A stretch of 64,000 nt of DNA from Oscillospiraceae bacterium (GCA_015069195.1 SVJA01000001.1:14148-78147); one strand, 5' to 3'; shown: positions 47,605-58,496, numbered from the stretch's first letter. The notes: a model not told the origin generated them from the sequence alone. A program made the numbers and translations.

Positions 47605-48919
47605 CGTTATCCTCCTTTGTACCTTTCAGGAAGAATACCGTATCAAGCTGTATTCGCTTCGCAACTTCCGGAAGCTGCTCTTTTTTTACTTTCTCGATAT
47701 TTGCTATATACTCATCCAGTGTATAACTTCTGTTGAGGAAAGACTGGTCAAGATAATAATCAAGCAAAGCATACTGATCTTCTGCCATATTCTTAAGATT
47801 ATTTATAATATTTTTCTTTGCCGCCTCAAACTCTTCATCGGTGATATTACCTTTCTTTATCTCGTCAAGTTGCTCAAGTATTATGGCCTTGGCCGTATCA
47901 AATTTATCAGGGGAAATACCTGCCGACACAAACATAACACCTTTAACTGCAGAAACCCGCGAACCGGCATAATATGCAAGACTGTTTTTCTCTCTGACGT
48001 TTGTGAAAAGTTTTGACGATGTACCTCCGCCGTAAACTGTATTCATCAGCACAAGAGGAAAGAATCCATCTGAATCCTGCGGAGTATTTGTTCGGAATCC
48101 CATAACAAGTTTTCCGTCTGATATTTCACATTCTTCCGTAACAAATTTAACTTCGCTATCCGGGATATAATGCTTTTCGACATAATCTATATATGCGCCA
48201 CCTCGCACGCCGTCACCGAAAATACCTGTCTCGGCGGCTTCTTTAAACATTTCCACGAGCGCATCAGGGCGTTTCTTTCCGCAGTAAAAGATTCTGCACG
48301 GAACCTTCTTTAAAAAGTAATTTTTATAATAGGAATAAAGATCCTCCGCAGTCAATTTTTCACTGTCTCCCAAATAACCCAGCTCCGAAACGGCAAAAGC
48401 CTCGCCTTCAAACATAATCTCACGAGCGCGGGTCATCGCATAGTGGCGTTTATCATTCTTTTCCGCCGCTATATCGTTATTTAAATTTGTACATTCCTGT
48501 TCGAAATAACTTGACATAAATCCGTTATTCTCCGTAACAGGCTCCGTAAGCACTTTCAATATAAGCTTAAAAGATTCTTCTGAAAGAAAATCTTCCGAAA
48601 TATCCTCTCCGCCCTCAAAAGATGAAACGTATTCATCCTTCAAAAAATCCGCCATAAAAAGCATATGGTGAATTTCGCTTCGTTTGCCCACATCAGTCAA
48701 AAAGACCGTTCCGAAGAGTTCCTGACACTTTACCGTCAAATCCTTTGATGTAGGGAAATCCGAGCATCCTCGCCACAAAAGTGCCGGAAGCACCGCATTT
48801 TTGTATGCACGTTCCCTGTCCAGCCTGTCGCAAAAATTCACTGCAACAGTATCCGACTTAAACGAATTATTTTCTACATAATAAAATTCAATTCCGCAAA
48901 TCTCGGCAATTCTTTCCAT
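47597..48919 (-). CDS. M16 family peptidase partner subunit (no HxxEH, probably non-catalytic)
   Basis: M16-like length and fold cues. Lacks the zinc motif. Overlaps the active partner by 8 nt (B. subtilis ymfF/ymfH-like pair). Confidence 0.65.
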   Translation of the reverse strand: MERIAEICGIEFYYVENNSFKSDTVAVNFCDRLDRERAYKNAVLPALLWRGCSDFPTSKDLTVKCQELFGTVFLTDVGKRSEIHHMLFMADFLKDEYVSSFEGGEDISEDFLSEESFKLILKVLTEPVTENNGFMSSYFEQECTNLNNDIAAEKNDKRHYAMTRAREIMFEGEAFAVSELGYLGDSEKLTAEDLYSYYKNYFLKKVPCRIFYCGKKRPDALVEMFKEAAETGIFGDGVRGGAYIDYVEKHYIPDSEVKFVTEECEISDGKLVMGFRTNTPQDSDGFFPLVLMNTVYGGGTSSKLFTNVREKNSLAYYAGSRVSAVKGVMFVSAGISPDKFDTAKAIILEQLDEIKKGNITDEEFEAAKKNIINNLKNMAEDQYALLDYYLDQSFLNRSYTLDEYIANIEKVKKEQLPEVAKRIQLDTVFFLKGTKEDNDE

Positions 48920-48943
48920 TAACTATCAATCTCCGAATTGTTC

Positions 48944-49927
48944 TTACATGTTTTTCTGTGAAAGTATTCTCTGCGCAGTCCTTATATCGCAGTTTATCTG
49001 CTGGATAAGTTCGCCGGCATTTTTAAAACGGCACTCACCTCTTATCATATCAACAAAGAATACCTCTATATTTTTCCCGTATAATCCGCAATTATAATCA
49101 AAAATATGAGTTTCAACGGTAATATCTTTTATACCCTCAAAAGTGGGATTATTTCCAATGTTTGTAACGCTGTTGTACATTTTTCCGTCTATCAACGTTT
49201 TTGAAGCATACACACCCGAAAGAGGCAATGCAAAACCCTCTTTCGGCAATATATTTGCAGTAGGAAAACCTATCTCGTGACCCACACCTCTGCCGATAGC
49301 AACCTCTCCCGGAATTGAATAATACCTGCCGGTAAACTTTCTGTACTTTTTCATTCTGCCATCTCTTATAAATGAGCGAAGGAGCGTACTTGATATAACA
49401 TTTTCATCCTCCATGACAGGCGGAACGACTATTACATCAAAACCGTATCTGTTCCCGTATTCTTTTAAAAGTTCAGGGGTTCCGAAACCCTTTTCTCCGA
49501 AAGAATAGTTATGCCCTACCACAATGAGTTTTGCATTAAACTTTTTAACAAGGTATTCCTCTATAAATGCCTCAGCAGGCATATTTGCATATTCTTCATC
49601 AAAATATTCAAAGTAAGATGCAGCAATTCCCTTTTCTTCAAAAATCTCCGACTTCTGTGCAACCGTCATTATCACAGGAGTTTTTCTCTTCTTGAATAAC
49701 ACTTTGTTCGGATGATTTGAAAATGTATATATAACCGAAAGCAATTTTCTTTCGGAGCATTCTTTTGCAAGCGTGTCAATCAATGACGCATGTCCTCTGT
49801 GAACACCGTCAAAGTTTCCGAGTCCTATTCCGCATCCGTTTGATAAATCATTTTTAAAAAATTCATCGCAAATCAGCGCATCTTCAGGTACCCCGTATTC
49901 ATTTTTAAAGTTTCCGTATATTTTCAT
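48944..49927 (-). CDS. ribF: Bifunctional riboflavin kinase / FMN adenylyltransferase
   Basis: GNFDGVHRGHASLI motif. ORF-track entry trimmed to the internal MKIYGNF start (ATG at 49925-49927), 2 nt after the truB stop. Confidence 0.85.
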   Translation of the reverse strand: MKIYGNFKNEYGVPEDALICDEFFKNDLSNGCGIGLGNFDGVHRGHASLIDTLAKECSERKLLSVIYTFSNHPNKVLFKKRKTPVIMTVAQKSEIFEEKGIAASYFEYFDEEYANMPAEAFIEEYLVKKFNAKLIVVGHNYSFGEKGFGTPELLKEYGNRYGFDVIVVPPVMEDENVISSTLLRSFIRDGRMKKYRKFTGRYYSIPGEVAIGRGVGHEIGFPTANILPKEGFALPLSGVYASKTLIDGKMYNSVTNIGNNPTFEGIKDITVETHIFDYNCGLYGKNIEVFFVDMIRGECRFKNAGELIQQINCDIRTAQRILSQKNM

Positions 49928-49929
49928 AA

Positions 49930-50859
49930 TCAATCTCCGAAAAATCTGAAAGGCTTCAGCCACACTTTTCCGCCGAGTTCTACGCGCTCTGCAATCGCAA
50001 ACAATTCGCCCTGCGAATACACACATATATCATCATACTCAGACTCACCGACTATGCGTTCTTTTGAAACCTTTACCTGTTTGCCGTGAATGTAGTCCTG
50101 TTTTTCTTTTTCAGTAATCTCCACAGAGCAATACCCTTTGAAAATCCTGTCCATAGATATTATATAACCATCGCCGAGACCTTCGCTGAAAGCATTTTCG
50201 AGTTTTTCCAAAGTCACTGAATTATCAAGAGAAAGCTCTCCGTACGAAGTTCTGACCAGCTTGGACATAGCTCCGCCGCAACCGAGTTTTTCACCTATAT
50301 CATTACATATAGAGCGTATGTATGTACCCTTGGAACAATGCACATCTATTACAGCCCTGTTATGACCTTCATCATCTTTAAAAAAGTCAGTCAGAACAAG
50401 CTCGTATATAGTTACTTTTCGGCTTTCTACCTCCACCGAGACACCTTGTCTTGCAAGTTTATAAAGCGGTACTCCGTCTTTTTTTATAGCGGAAAACGCA
50501 GGCGGCACCTGTGTAATCTCTCCTCTGAAATCACCAAGGACTCCTGAAAGTTGTTCTTTTGTAATACCGTCACCAACTTCATAATTTTCAGATACAATCT
50601 CGCCCCACATATCCATAGTATCGGTCGTTACTCCGAGTATAAATTCCGCACGGTAAGATTTGCCCATTCGCAAAAAGTAATCGGAACACTTTGTAGCCTT
50701 GCCTATGCACACCGGGAGCACACCTGTAGCCTCAGGATCAAGCGTACCGGCATGACCTGTTTTTTTTATGCCTGTAAGTCTTCTGATTATGCTCACACAT
50801 TTAAACGATGTCATGCCTGCCGGCTTATTCAAATTTATAAAACCGTTTTCTTTATGCAT
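49930..50859 (-). CDS. truB: tRNA pseudouridine(55) synthase
   Basis: GFINLNKPAGMTS...GHAGTLDPEATGVL catalytic Asp motif, with a C-terminal PUA domain. Confidence 0.9.
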   Translation of the reverse strand: MHKENGFINLNKPAGMTSFKCVSIIRRLTGIKKTGHAGTLDPEATGVLPVCIGKATKCSDYFLRMGKSYRAEFILGVTTDTMDMWGEIVSENYEVGDGITKEQLSGVLGDFRGEITQVPPAFSAIKKDGVPLYKLARQGVSVEVESRKVTIYELVLTDFFKDDEGHNRAVIDVHCSKGTYIRSICNDIGEKLGCGGAMSKLVRTSYGELSLDNSVTLEKLENAFSEGLGDGYIISMDRIFKGYCSVEITEKEKQDYIHGKQVKVSKERIVGESEYDDICVYSQGELFAIAERVELGGKVWLKPFRFFGD

Positions 50860-51913
50860 TAAGCTGTTTCCTCACTTCCGCAAGAAGTTTTTCTTTTAAA
50901 GCAGACTCTTCTCCTGCAAACGAAAGACCTGCGGCTCTCAAATGACCGCCGCCTCCGAAAACAGAAGCGATTCTCGCAACGTCACAACTCTCGTTTGAAC
51001 GCATACTCGCCTTTAATGCAGGCAATGACCTGTCGTCTTCGGCAAGTGCACCGTGTTTTCCGTCACGAACGAATATGCTTACCTCTACACCCTCTATATC
51101 ACGCATGAGCGAAGATATTGCATTCGAATCTTCTAACAGTGCACCGGCATCTTTAAACATTTGGTCAGGGGCATACACGTACGCCACTCTACCGTTTTCA
51201 AAGTATTCTATATTTGAATAAACAAGCGAAAGAAACATTATCATTCGCGGCGGTTTCACATCATAAACCTGACGCGCTATCCAAGTGACATCACTGCCGG
51301 TTACCTTTATAAGCTCCGAAGCTATAGTAAAAGTCAAGGGAGTTACATTGCTGTAAATAAATCTTCCTGTATCGGTCAGAAGTGCAGTATAAAGTCTTAT
51401 TGCAATCTCTTTGTCAATCTCAAAGTCCATTGCACGAAGCAAAAGCCATATACCTTCGCCTGTCGCAGCCCATTTATGATTGACGAACGAACAGTCTCCG
51501 AATCTGTCACACTCATTTTCTACATGGTGATCAATTTTTATTTTATTAGGAGATGCCGCATACACAGCATAACAATCATCCATTCTCGCAGGAGTTGCAC
51601 AATCTACACCGACAGCAAGGTCACTTGGACTTTCTATGTAACTTTTAATATCCTCGGAGTTTACACTATCGGAAATGATTATTTCCACTCCCAAGTCCTT
51701 ATCGGGAACCAAGAATTCAAGAGACTGCTCCGGCTTGTCGCAGAGGAAAACCTTTACACTTTTATTCATTCTGCGGAGAGCAACAGCCAGCGCAAAAACC
51801 GAACCAAGCGCATCCCCGTCCGCATGGATATGCGGAAACAGAGATACGCTTGTAGCGTTACTTATCTGTGTTATACATTCATTCCAATATTTAACATCAA
51901 AATTCTCAATCAT
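50852..51913 (-). CDS. nrnA: DHH/DHHA1 phosphoesterase (NrnA-like nanoRNase/pAp phosphatase)
   Basis: HIHADGDALGS (DHH) and GGGH (DHHA1) motifs. Confidence 0.8.
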   Translation of the reverse strand: MIENFDVKYWNECITQISNATSVSLFPHIHADGDALGSVFALAVALRRMNKSVKVFLCDKPEQSLEFLVPDKDLGVEIIISDSVNSEDIKSYIESPSDLAVGVDCATPARMDDCYAVYAASPNKIKIDHHVENECDRFGDCSFVNHKWAATGEGIWLLLRAMDFEIDKEIAIRLYTALLTDTGRFIYSNVTPLTFTIASELIKVTGSDVTWIARQVYDVKPPRMIMFLSLVYSNIEYFENGRVAYVYAPDQMFKDAGALLEDSNAISSLMRDIEGVEVSIFVRDGKHGALAEDDRSLPALKASMRSNESCDVARIASVFGGGGHLRAAGLSFAGEESALKEKLLAEVRKQLNA

Positions 51914-52286
51914 TTTCGTTACCTTTGGCAGCGTCAGACTTTTTATCTTCGCTCACAATTTTTGTAATAAGCTCCGACATATAAGCGCCGTGTTCGATAG
52001 ATTCATCAATAACAAAGTTAAGTTCGGGAATAGCGCGGATAATCATTCTTCTTCCGATTTCGCGGCGAATGAATCCCGCAGAATTCCTAAGAGCCTGTAT
52101 GGCAGAGGCTTTTTCAGCCTCCGTACCATACACACTCACATAAATTTTAGCAAATTTCAGATCCTTAGCAAGTTTTATATCAAGCACGCTGGTCATAACC
52201 GGTATACGCGGATCTTTTAAATCTTCACGTATAATGTCGCTTATGACACGCTTCATTTCACCTGCAATTCTAACGGTTCTATCCAT
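51906..52286 (-). CDS. rbfA: Ribosome-binding factor A
   Basis: [16 protein letters not shown]...KIYVSV pattern. Lies between infB and nrnA/truB. Confidence 0.9.
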   Translation of the reverse strand: MDRTVRIAGEMKRVISDIIREDLKDPRIPVMTSVLDIKLAKDLKFAKIYVSVYGTEAEKASAIQALRNSAGFIRREIGRRMIIRAIPELNFVIDESIEHGAYMSELITKIVSEDKKSDAAKGNEND

Positions 52287-55254
52287 TTTTCTTAATCTCC
52301 TCCATCAAGAAGCACTCAACCATATCGCCCTCTTTGATGTCATCATAACGTTCAAAAGAAATACCGCACTCAAATCCCTGTGCAACTTCTTTTGCATCGT
52401 CTTTGAATCTCTTAAGAGAAGCAAGCTTACCCTCGTAGATTATTATGCCCTCTCTTACAATTCTTACGCCGCTGTTACGAACAATTTTACCGCTTGTAAC
52501 ATAAGCACCTGCGATAGTTCCGACACCTGAAACTTTGAATGTCTTTCTGATTTCACACATACCCTGAACAACTTCTTTGAACTCAGGTTCGAGCATACCG
52601 TTCATAGCATCCTGAATATCGTTTATAGCATCATAAATGACTCTGTAAAGCCTTACGTCAACACCCTTGGATGCTGCAAGCTCACCTACGTTACCTATGG
52701 GACGTACGTTAAATCCGATGATAATAGCGTTCGAAGCCTCAGCGAGCAATACGTCAGACTCAGTTACACCGCCGGCACCTCCGTGGATTGTTTTAACACG
52801 AACTTCGTCATTGCTAAGTTTTTCAAGAGACTGTTTAACGGCCTCTACGCTACCCTTAACGTCTGCTTTAACGATAATATTGAGGTCTTTAACTTTTCCG
52901 TCCTGAATCTGACTGAAGAGATCTTCGAGAGATACTTTGGAGCTGCTTCCGATAGCGGCTGCACGCTCTGCATTTCTTCTTGTCTCCGCAACTTTCTTAG
53001 CACGCTTTTCGTCGTTATTTACAACGTAAAATACTTTACCTGCCTCGGGAACTTCCGGAAGACCGGTAATCTCAACAGGAGTTGAGGGACCTGCTTCTTT
53101 TATGGAATTACCCTTATCATCTGTCATAGTTCTGATGTGACCGAATGTCGCATCGGATATAATAGCATCACCTGCACGAAGCATACCGCGCTGTACCAGA
53201 AGTGTTGCAACAGGACCTCTGTTCTTATCAAGTTTTGCCTCGATGATAGTACCCTTTGCCTGTTTCTTAGGATTTGCCTTAAGCTCAAGGATATCGGCTG
53301 AAAGCAATACTGTTTCGAGCAACAATTCGATATTCTCGCCCTTCTTTGCAGATACGGGGATAAACGGAACATCTCCGCCCCATTCCTCGGGAACGATACC
53401 GTGCTCAGTCATTTCCTGCTTAACACGCTCGGGGTTTGCACCTTCACGGTCAATCTTGTTTACAGCAACAACGATAGATACTTCAGCAGCTTTTGCGTGG
53501 TTTATAGCTTCTATTGTCTGGGGCATTACACCGTCATCAGCAGCTACAACGATGATAGCAACGTCTGTAACCTGTGCACCGCGGGCACGCATTGCAGTAA
53601 ACGCTTCATGTCCGGGAGTGTCGAGGAATGTAATTTTTCTACCTTTTACACGTACCATATAAGCACCAATGTGCTGAGTGATACCGCCTGCCTCACCTGC
53701 TGTAACGCTGGTAGAACGAATAGCATCGAGAAGTGATGTTTTACCATGGTCAACGTGACCCATTACTACAACAACAGGAGGTCTTTCCTGCATATCCTCT
53801 TCTTTGTCCTCTTCTTCGTCATCGTGGAAGAGAATTTCCTCGTCTGTTACGATAATCTCAGGCTCTGCAGTGATACCGAATTCTCCTGCAATAAGCGCTG
53901 CAGTATCGTAGTCAATCTCTTGATTAAGAGTGGCCATAACACCCATAAGCATAAGTTTTTTGATAACTTCTGCGGAAGTTTTCTTTATCATCTCGGCAAA
54001 TTCTTTTACAGTCATAACAGGCGGAAGTTTTATGTTTGTAAGAACTGCGATAACTGCAGGAGCACTGTTTGTTCTGCCTTTATCCTTTTTGTCCTTCTTA
54101 CCTTTGCCCTTCTTTCCGAAACCGTCTACATCGTAGCCGTCATCACCGTACTCGCCGCCCATAAATTTCTTAGCTGCTTTGTATTTGTCCTTCTGCGGCT
54201 GGTTGTTTGAAGGTCTCTGGGTAGCAGATTCTTTGCGTTCTTTCTTTACTCTGTCGGCAGTCTTATCGTTACGTCTGCTCTCCTGATGCTGAGCCACTGC
54301 AGGATCAACAGCAGGAATAGCTACGGGACGATTCGGGCGCTGACCTCTGTCACCTGGTCTTTGCTGAGCGTCGCGATCACGGCCCTGGAACTTTCCGCCC
54401 TGTCTGTCGTTCTGGCGTTCACCTCGGTCTTTATTAAAGGGAGGACGCTGACCGTCTCTCTGACCGTCACGGAAATTACCTCTGTCGCCTTGCTTTCTTT
54501 CTCTGACAAAAGGCTTCTGTTCCGAATCGTTTCTGTGCGTTTTTTCATCAGGTTTTGCCTCGCCGCCTACATCTATCTCGACAGTTTCGTTCGAAGTGTT
54601 TTTTCTTACCGAAGAAGTCTTCTTTTCTGCAACTTCTTCTTTCTGTTCAGTTTTCTCAACTTCAGCAGCCGTAACCTCAGTCTCTTTTTCAACAGTTTCT
54701 GCAGGTTGAACTTCTTTAACCGGGTCATTAACTTTTTCTTCAACCGCATCTTCAGTCTTCGGAGCAACTTTCTTTACTCGTGTAATTTTAGGAGCATCCT
54801 GTGCAGGAACCTCCTCAACCTTTGCAGGGGCTGCTCTTCTGACAACTTTAGGAGCAACGGTCTGTTCGTCCGCCTGAGACTTAGTCACATAGCCGGCTCT
54901 GAGTCCCGATGATGCCTCACTACTCTTTGTTACTTTTGAAACTACAGGAGTCTCTTCCTCACCAACTTTAACTCTTCTTCTGACTACTACAGCAGAAGAT
55001 TTAGCAGACTGCGCCTGCGATTTAGCAGTTTTTTCTTTTTTTACAGCAGACTGCGTAGCAGGAGTCTGCTTGCGGCTAAATTCTTTTTCTATTGCTGCCA
55101 CGTCCTCATCACTGAGCATTGACGCAGAACTGACAACTCTTATATGCATTTTACGCAATTTTTCCATAAATGTCGCCAAATCACAATTAAGACGCTTTGC
55201 GACATCACTTACTCTGTTGCTTTTTTTATCCAATAGTGCCACCTCCGTTTTCAT
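52279..55254 (-). CDS. infB: Translation initiation factor IF-2
   Basis: G-domain [17 protein letters not shown] and NKID. Long low-complexity N-terminal region. Start set at [11 protein letters not shown]; the exact start is uncertain (the track gives 55281). Confidence 0.88.
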   Translation of the reverse strand: MKTEVALLDKKSNRVSDVAKRLNCDLATFMEKLRKMHIRVVSSASMLSDEDVAAIEKEFSRKQTPATQSAVKKEKTAKSQAQSAKSSAVVVRRRVKVGEEETPVVSKVTKSSEASSGLRAGYVTKSQADEQTVAPKVVRRAAPAKVEEVPAQDAPKITRVKKVAPKTEDAVEEKVNDPVKEVQPAETVEKETEVTAAEVEKTEQKEEVAEKKTSSVRKNTSNETVEIDVGGEAKPDEKTHRNDSEQKPFVRERKQGDRGNFRDGQRDGQRPPFNKDRGERQNDRQGGKFQGRDRDAQQRPGDRGQRPNRPVAIPAVDPAVAQHQESRRNDKTADRVKKERKESATQRPSNNQPQKDKYKAAKKFMGGEYGDDGYDVDGFGKKGKGKKDKKDKGRTNSAPAVIAVLTNIKLPPVMTVKEFAEMIKKTSAEVIKKLMLMGVMATLNQEIDYDTAALIAGEFGITAEPEIIVTDEEILFHDDEEEDKEEDMQERPPVVVVMGHVDHGKTSLLDAIRSTSVTAGEAGGITQHIGAYMVRVKGRKITFLDTPGHEAFTAMRARGAQVTDVAIIVVAADDGVMPQTIEAINHAKAAEVSIVVAVNKIDREGANPERVKQEMTEHGIVPEEWGGDVPFIPVSAKKGENIELLLETVLLSADILELKANPKKQAKGTIIEAKLDKNRGPVATLLVQRGMLRAGDAIISDATFGHIRTMTDDKGNSIKEAGPSTPVEITGLPEVPEAGKVFYVVNNDEKRAKKVAETRRNAERAAAIGSSSKVSLEDLFSQIQDGKVKDLNIIVKADVKGSVEAVKQSLEKLSNDEVRVKTIHGGAGGVTESDVLLAEASNAIIIGFNVRPIGNVGELAASKGVDVRLYRVIYDAINDIQDAMNGMLEPEFKEVVQGMCEIRKTFKVSGVGTIAGAYVTSGKIVRNSGVRIVREGIIIYEGKLASLKRFKDDAKEVAQGFECGISFERYDDIKEGDMVECFLMEEIKKNG

Positions 55255-55519
55255 TAAGGTAAGTCGCAAGTCTGTCAGCAAGCTGAGAATATACTTCGTC
55301 GCTTACTTCTGTTTCGAATATTTTTCCGAGACGCTTGCTATTACACATTTTTGTCATACAATCATCGGAAGGACATATATATGCACCTCTTCCGTTAAGT
55401 CTACCCGTCAAATCAAGAGATATTTCACCATCAACACCCCTGACAATTCTGACAAGCTCTTTTTTAGGTTTTGAAGTATGACAAATCACACACATTCGCA
55501 TAGGAATTTTTTTAGTTTT
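55226..55519 (-). CDS. ylxR: YlxR/RnpM family RNA-binding protein (DUF448)
   Basis: MRMCVICH...GRGAYIC motif. Probable TTG start 10 nt after the nusA stop, using the GGAGAAGAGGAG run in the last nusA codons as RBS (alternative ATG at 55501). Confidence 0.65.
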   Translation of the reverse strand, partial: KTKKIPMRMCVICHTSKPKKELVRIVRGVDGEISLDLTGRLNGRGAYICPSDDCMTKMCNSKRLGKIFETEVSDEVYSQLADRLATYLNENGGGTIG

Positions 55520-55529
55520 CAAACTAAAA

Positions 55530-56660
55530 TCACTCCTCTTCTCCGCCGAAAATAGCATTTTCAGCATCCTGGCGAACTTCTGCATCACTCTTTATATCTA
55601 TTCTCCAACCCGTGAGTTTAGCAGCAAGTCTTACATTCTGACCTTTGTTTCCGCCGATAGCAAGTGAAAGCTGATCTTCGGGAACAACAACCAATGCACT
55701 GTGTGCCTCTTCATCGATGTATGTTCTAAGAACTCTTGCAGGACTGAGACTGCTTGCAATAAGTTCTTCGGGATCTGCGCTCCACTTTATGATATCTATT
55801 CTCTCACCGCGAAGCTCATCCACAACATTTTGGATACGAGTACCTTTAGGACCGATACATGCACCTACAGGCTCAACATTCTCGTTGTTTGAAAACACCG
55901 CGATTTTAGAACGTGAACCGGCTTCTCTTGCGATACTCTTTATTTCTACAGTACCGTTCTGGATTTCCGGAACCTCCATCTCCAAAAGGCGTCTTACGAG
56001 ATTCGGATGGCTTCTTGAAAGAATTACGCAAGGCTCCTGACTCTTCTTTTTGCCCTTATCTTTAACTTCTACAACATAAGCTTTAATTCTGTCATATACC
56101 TTATATGCTTCGCCCTCAACCTGCTCCTTCTGACGCAGAATACCATCGATTCTGCCAAGTTCCATATGGATAACTCTTTCTTCACCATCTCTGCCGTTTT
56201 TATATTCGATTCTCTGAATTGTACCTGTAACTATATCATCCTTTTTCTCTGAATATGTCTCATAAAGCATCGAACGCTCATAGTCTTTCAACTTCTGGAG
56301 AATAATCTGCTTAGCTTTCTGTGCAGCAATTCTGCCGAAGTTTGAAGGAGTGATTTCCTCTTCTGCGATCTCGCCTACTTCAAATGTAGGGTCATAGCTT
56401 CTGGCTTTTGCCAAAGAAATCTCACAACTCTCATCGGTAACTTCTTCTACAACAACCTTTTTAGCAATAACAGATACACGACCTGTCTCATAATCAATAC
56501 GAACCTCTGTGTCGGCATCCTTTCCTGCAACGGTCATCTCTGCCATAGGCTTGCAATAAGAAGCGTTAAGAGCTTCCTCTATCGCACGCAAAATAACTTC
56601 TTTCTGTATACCCTTTTCCTTCTCTAATTCAAGAAGCGCTTCAATAAGTTCTTCTCCCAT
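55530..56660 (-). CDS. nusA: Transcription termination/antitermination factor NusA
   Basis: N-terminal domain, S1 and two KH domains. Conserved rimP-nusA order. Confidence 0.9.
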   Translation of the reverse strand: MGEELIEALLELEKEKGIQKEVILRAIEEALNASYCKPMAEMTVAGKDADTEVRIDYETGRVSVIAKKVVVEEVTDESCEISLAKARSYDPTFEVGEIAEEEITPSNFGRIAAQKAKQIILQKLKDYERSMLYETYSEKKDDIVTGTIQRIEYKNGRDGEERVIHMELGRIDGILRQKEQVEGEAYKVYDRIKAYVVEVKDKGKKKSQEPCVILSRSHPNLVRRLLEMEVPEIQNGTVEIKSIAREAGSRSKIAVFSNNENVEPVGACIGPKGTRIQNVVDELRGERIDIIKWSADPEELIASSLSPARVLRTYIDEEAHSALVVVPEDQLSLAIGGNKGQNVRLAAKLTGWRIDIKSDAEVRQDAENAIFGGEEE

Positions 56661-56716
56661 TTCAGTAAAAACCTCCGTTCAATTAATAAATAAAATCAAT
56701 AAATATACTATATTTT

Positions 56717-57190
56717 TCAGAATCTCACCGCACGCTTAACACAAGCAGTTTCACTCTTTGTAAACTCAATAATTTCGCCCTTTTCGGACTTTATACGAAT
56801 AATGTCGCAGTCCTTGCCCTCAAGGTAACCCTCGAACAAATCACAACCGTCTCTTTGTGCATAAAGCTTAACTTCGACAAGTTCTCCCTGATATCTTTCG
56901 AAATCTTTATCAGTCTTAAGCGGTCTGTCAAGTCCGGGAGATGACACTTCAAAAACATAAGCGCCTGAAATCGGATCCGCCTCATCAATGATATCGGTAA
57001 CAGCATCATTTACCGCTTGACAATCCTCAAGCGAAACGCCGCCCCTTTTGTCAATATAAAGTCTGAGATACCAATTCGGTCCCTCTTTCACATACTCGGT
57101 TTCGATAAGATCAATGTCTAAGCTCTCTATAATCGGTCTGACCAAAGCGTCTACCGCAGTAACAACCTTTCCTCCTGCCAAAAGAATCAC
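56717..57190 (-). CDS. rimP: Ribosome maturation factor RimP
   Basis: IIESLDIDLIETEYVKEG...LRLYIDKRGG pattern. Confidence 0.85.
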   Translation of the reverse strand: MILLAGGKVVTAVDALVRPIIESLDIDLIETEYVKEGPNWYLRLYIDKRGGVSLEDCQAVNDAVTDIIDEADPISGAYVFEVSSPGLDRPLKTDKDFERYQGELVEVKLYAQRDGCDLFEGYLEGKDCDIIRIKSEKGEIIEFTKSETACVKRAVRF

Positions 57191-57328
57191 CCCTTATAAA
57201 ACAAATGAGCGGGACTTGCGACCCACTCATAAAACAGGACTACATTAAATTTTATATGAGCATTGTACAACAAAAGATATGTATAAGTCAATAGTTGATA
57301 AAGTTTTTTTATTATTTAATCATATATA

Positions 57329-57344
57329 TGTGGAAATTTCCACA
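57329..57344. promoter_or_regulatory. Perfect 16-bp palindrome TGTGGAAATTTCCACA upstream of the ParA-like gene (candidate operator, CRP/FNR-like half-sites TGTGg-N6-cCACA)
   Basis: Exact inverted repeat about 58 bp upstream of the ATG at 57402, in an AT-rich promoter region. Confidence 0.3.
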
Positions 57345-57401
57345 ATTTTATGTTATCCTTGCAATGTTGAAACACAATATATTGTAAAGGACGGCTGTCG
57401 T

Positions 57402-58196
57402 ATGGCAAAAAAAACAACGGTTATCTGTTTTTCTAACAACAAAGGCGGAAGCGGTAAATCAACCACTTGCGCAAATGTAGGTTACGCACTCACACTTTTA
57501 GGAAAAAAAGTTCTTATGATTGACGGAGACATGCAGCTCAATCTCTCACTTTCCGTATTCTCCGACGAAGAAGTTTTAGAAATGGCAAAGAGTGAAAAAA
57601 ATCTCTACTATGCCATAAAGAATCAAAAAGACTTAAGTGACTACATCGTAAACACTCCATACGAAAACCTTGACCTCGTACCGTCGTCTACTCTCATGAG
57701 TTCTGTCGAGTATGAGCTTTTCACAAAGTGGCAACGCGAATACATCCTCAAAAAATGCTTATCCAAAGTAAAAGAGTCCGGCGAGTACGACTACATCCTG
57801 ATCGACTCTCCCCCGACACTCGGCGGTTGGGCACTTAACATCTTCTGTGCATCGGACAAACTCATAATACCCGTCGAAGCAAGCCCTTGGGGTCTCTTCG
57901 GAATCCAGAATCTCTTTGAATTTATCGGCGAAGCAAAAGAAATTGCAAACGACCTTGATGTTATGGGTATCGTAATCACAAAGGTAAACGAGAGAAAGAA
58001 CTATTTCAGACAGACAGTCGAAACCCTCAAAGAAATCGAAAGTGTTTACCTCTTTGACTCATATGTACGAATCGACGCAAACATCGAATGGGCTCAGGAC
58101 AACAGTATGCCTGTCATCGCATACAAAAAAAGCAGCCGCAGTGCAAACGAATTTATCGAACTCGCCAAAGAACTTGACGCTCGCGCGGCAGAATAA
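57402..58196 (+). CDS. ParA/Soj/MinD-superfamily ATPase (orphan; no parB adjacent)
   Basis: Deviant Walker A KGGSGKST; ILIDSPP Walker B. ORF-track N-terminal extension rejected; start at MAKKTTVICFSN, with AAAGGA RBS. Confidence 0.8.
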   Translation: MAKKTTVICFSNNKGGSGKSTTCANVGYALTLLGKKVLMIDGDMQLNLSLSVFSDEEVLEMAKSEKNLYYAIKNQKDLSDYIVNTPYENLDLVPSSTLMSSVEYELFTKWQREYILKKCLSKVKESGEYDYILIDSPPTLGGWALNIFCASDKLIIPVEASPWGLFGIQNLFEFIGEAKEIANDLDVMGIVITKVNERKNYFRQTVETLKEIESVYLFDSYVRIDANIEWAQDNSMPVIAYKKSSRSANEFIELAKELDARAAE

Positions 58197-58216
58197 AGTC
58201 GGGAATAATAAAAGCT

Positions 58217-58259
58217 ACGGCGTGGAGAAAACTTACTTTCTCCACGCCGTTATTATTTT
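58217..58259. terminator. Bidirectional intrinsic terminator
   Basis: acggcgtggagaaa-acttac-tttctccacgccgt: a perfect 14-bp stem flanked by an A-rich and a T-rich tract. Confidence 0.7.
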
Positions 58260-58269
58260 GTAAAAAACT

Positions 58270-58494
58270 TCAATCAGAAAAATCCGACAATAAATTTTGA
58301 ATCTCTGCCTCGCCGTACATTTCACCGAAACTGATAAACTTTTCGATTTCCACATGAGAATCATCAAAAAATTCAACTTCCCACCTTTGTCCGGGAACAG
58401 CAACCTCGACCATTATCGAATCACGCACTTTGTTAATGCGATAGTATATCTTTCTCTTTTCAAGTTCATTCAAAAATTCAATAAGTTTCTTCAT
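58270..58494 (-). CDS. Small hypothetical protein (74 aa), last gene of a three-gene operon
   Basis: Start overlaps the stop region of the upstream 478-aa gene (coupled). No known motif. Confidence 0.45.
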   Translation of the reverse strand: MKKLIEFLNELEKRKIYYRINKVRDSIMVEVAVPGQRWEVEFFDDSHVEIEKFISFGEMYGEAEIQNLLSDFSD

Positions 58495-58496
58495 TT

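Noticed and set aside
48944-50026. N-terminal extensions in the ORF track for ribF (and likewise parA 57279, coaD 63208, ylxR 55588, ABC ATPase 34995)
   Set aside because: The extensions overlap upstream genes and lack an RBS, and internal starts align with the conserved family N-termini (MKIYGNF, MAKKTTVICFSN, MRIGVYPGSFDP), so the genes were trimmed.
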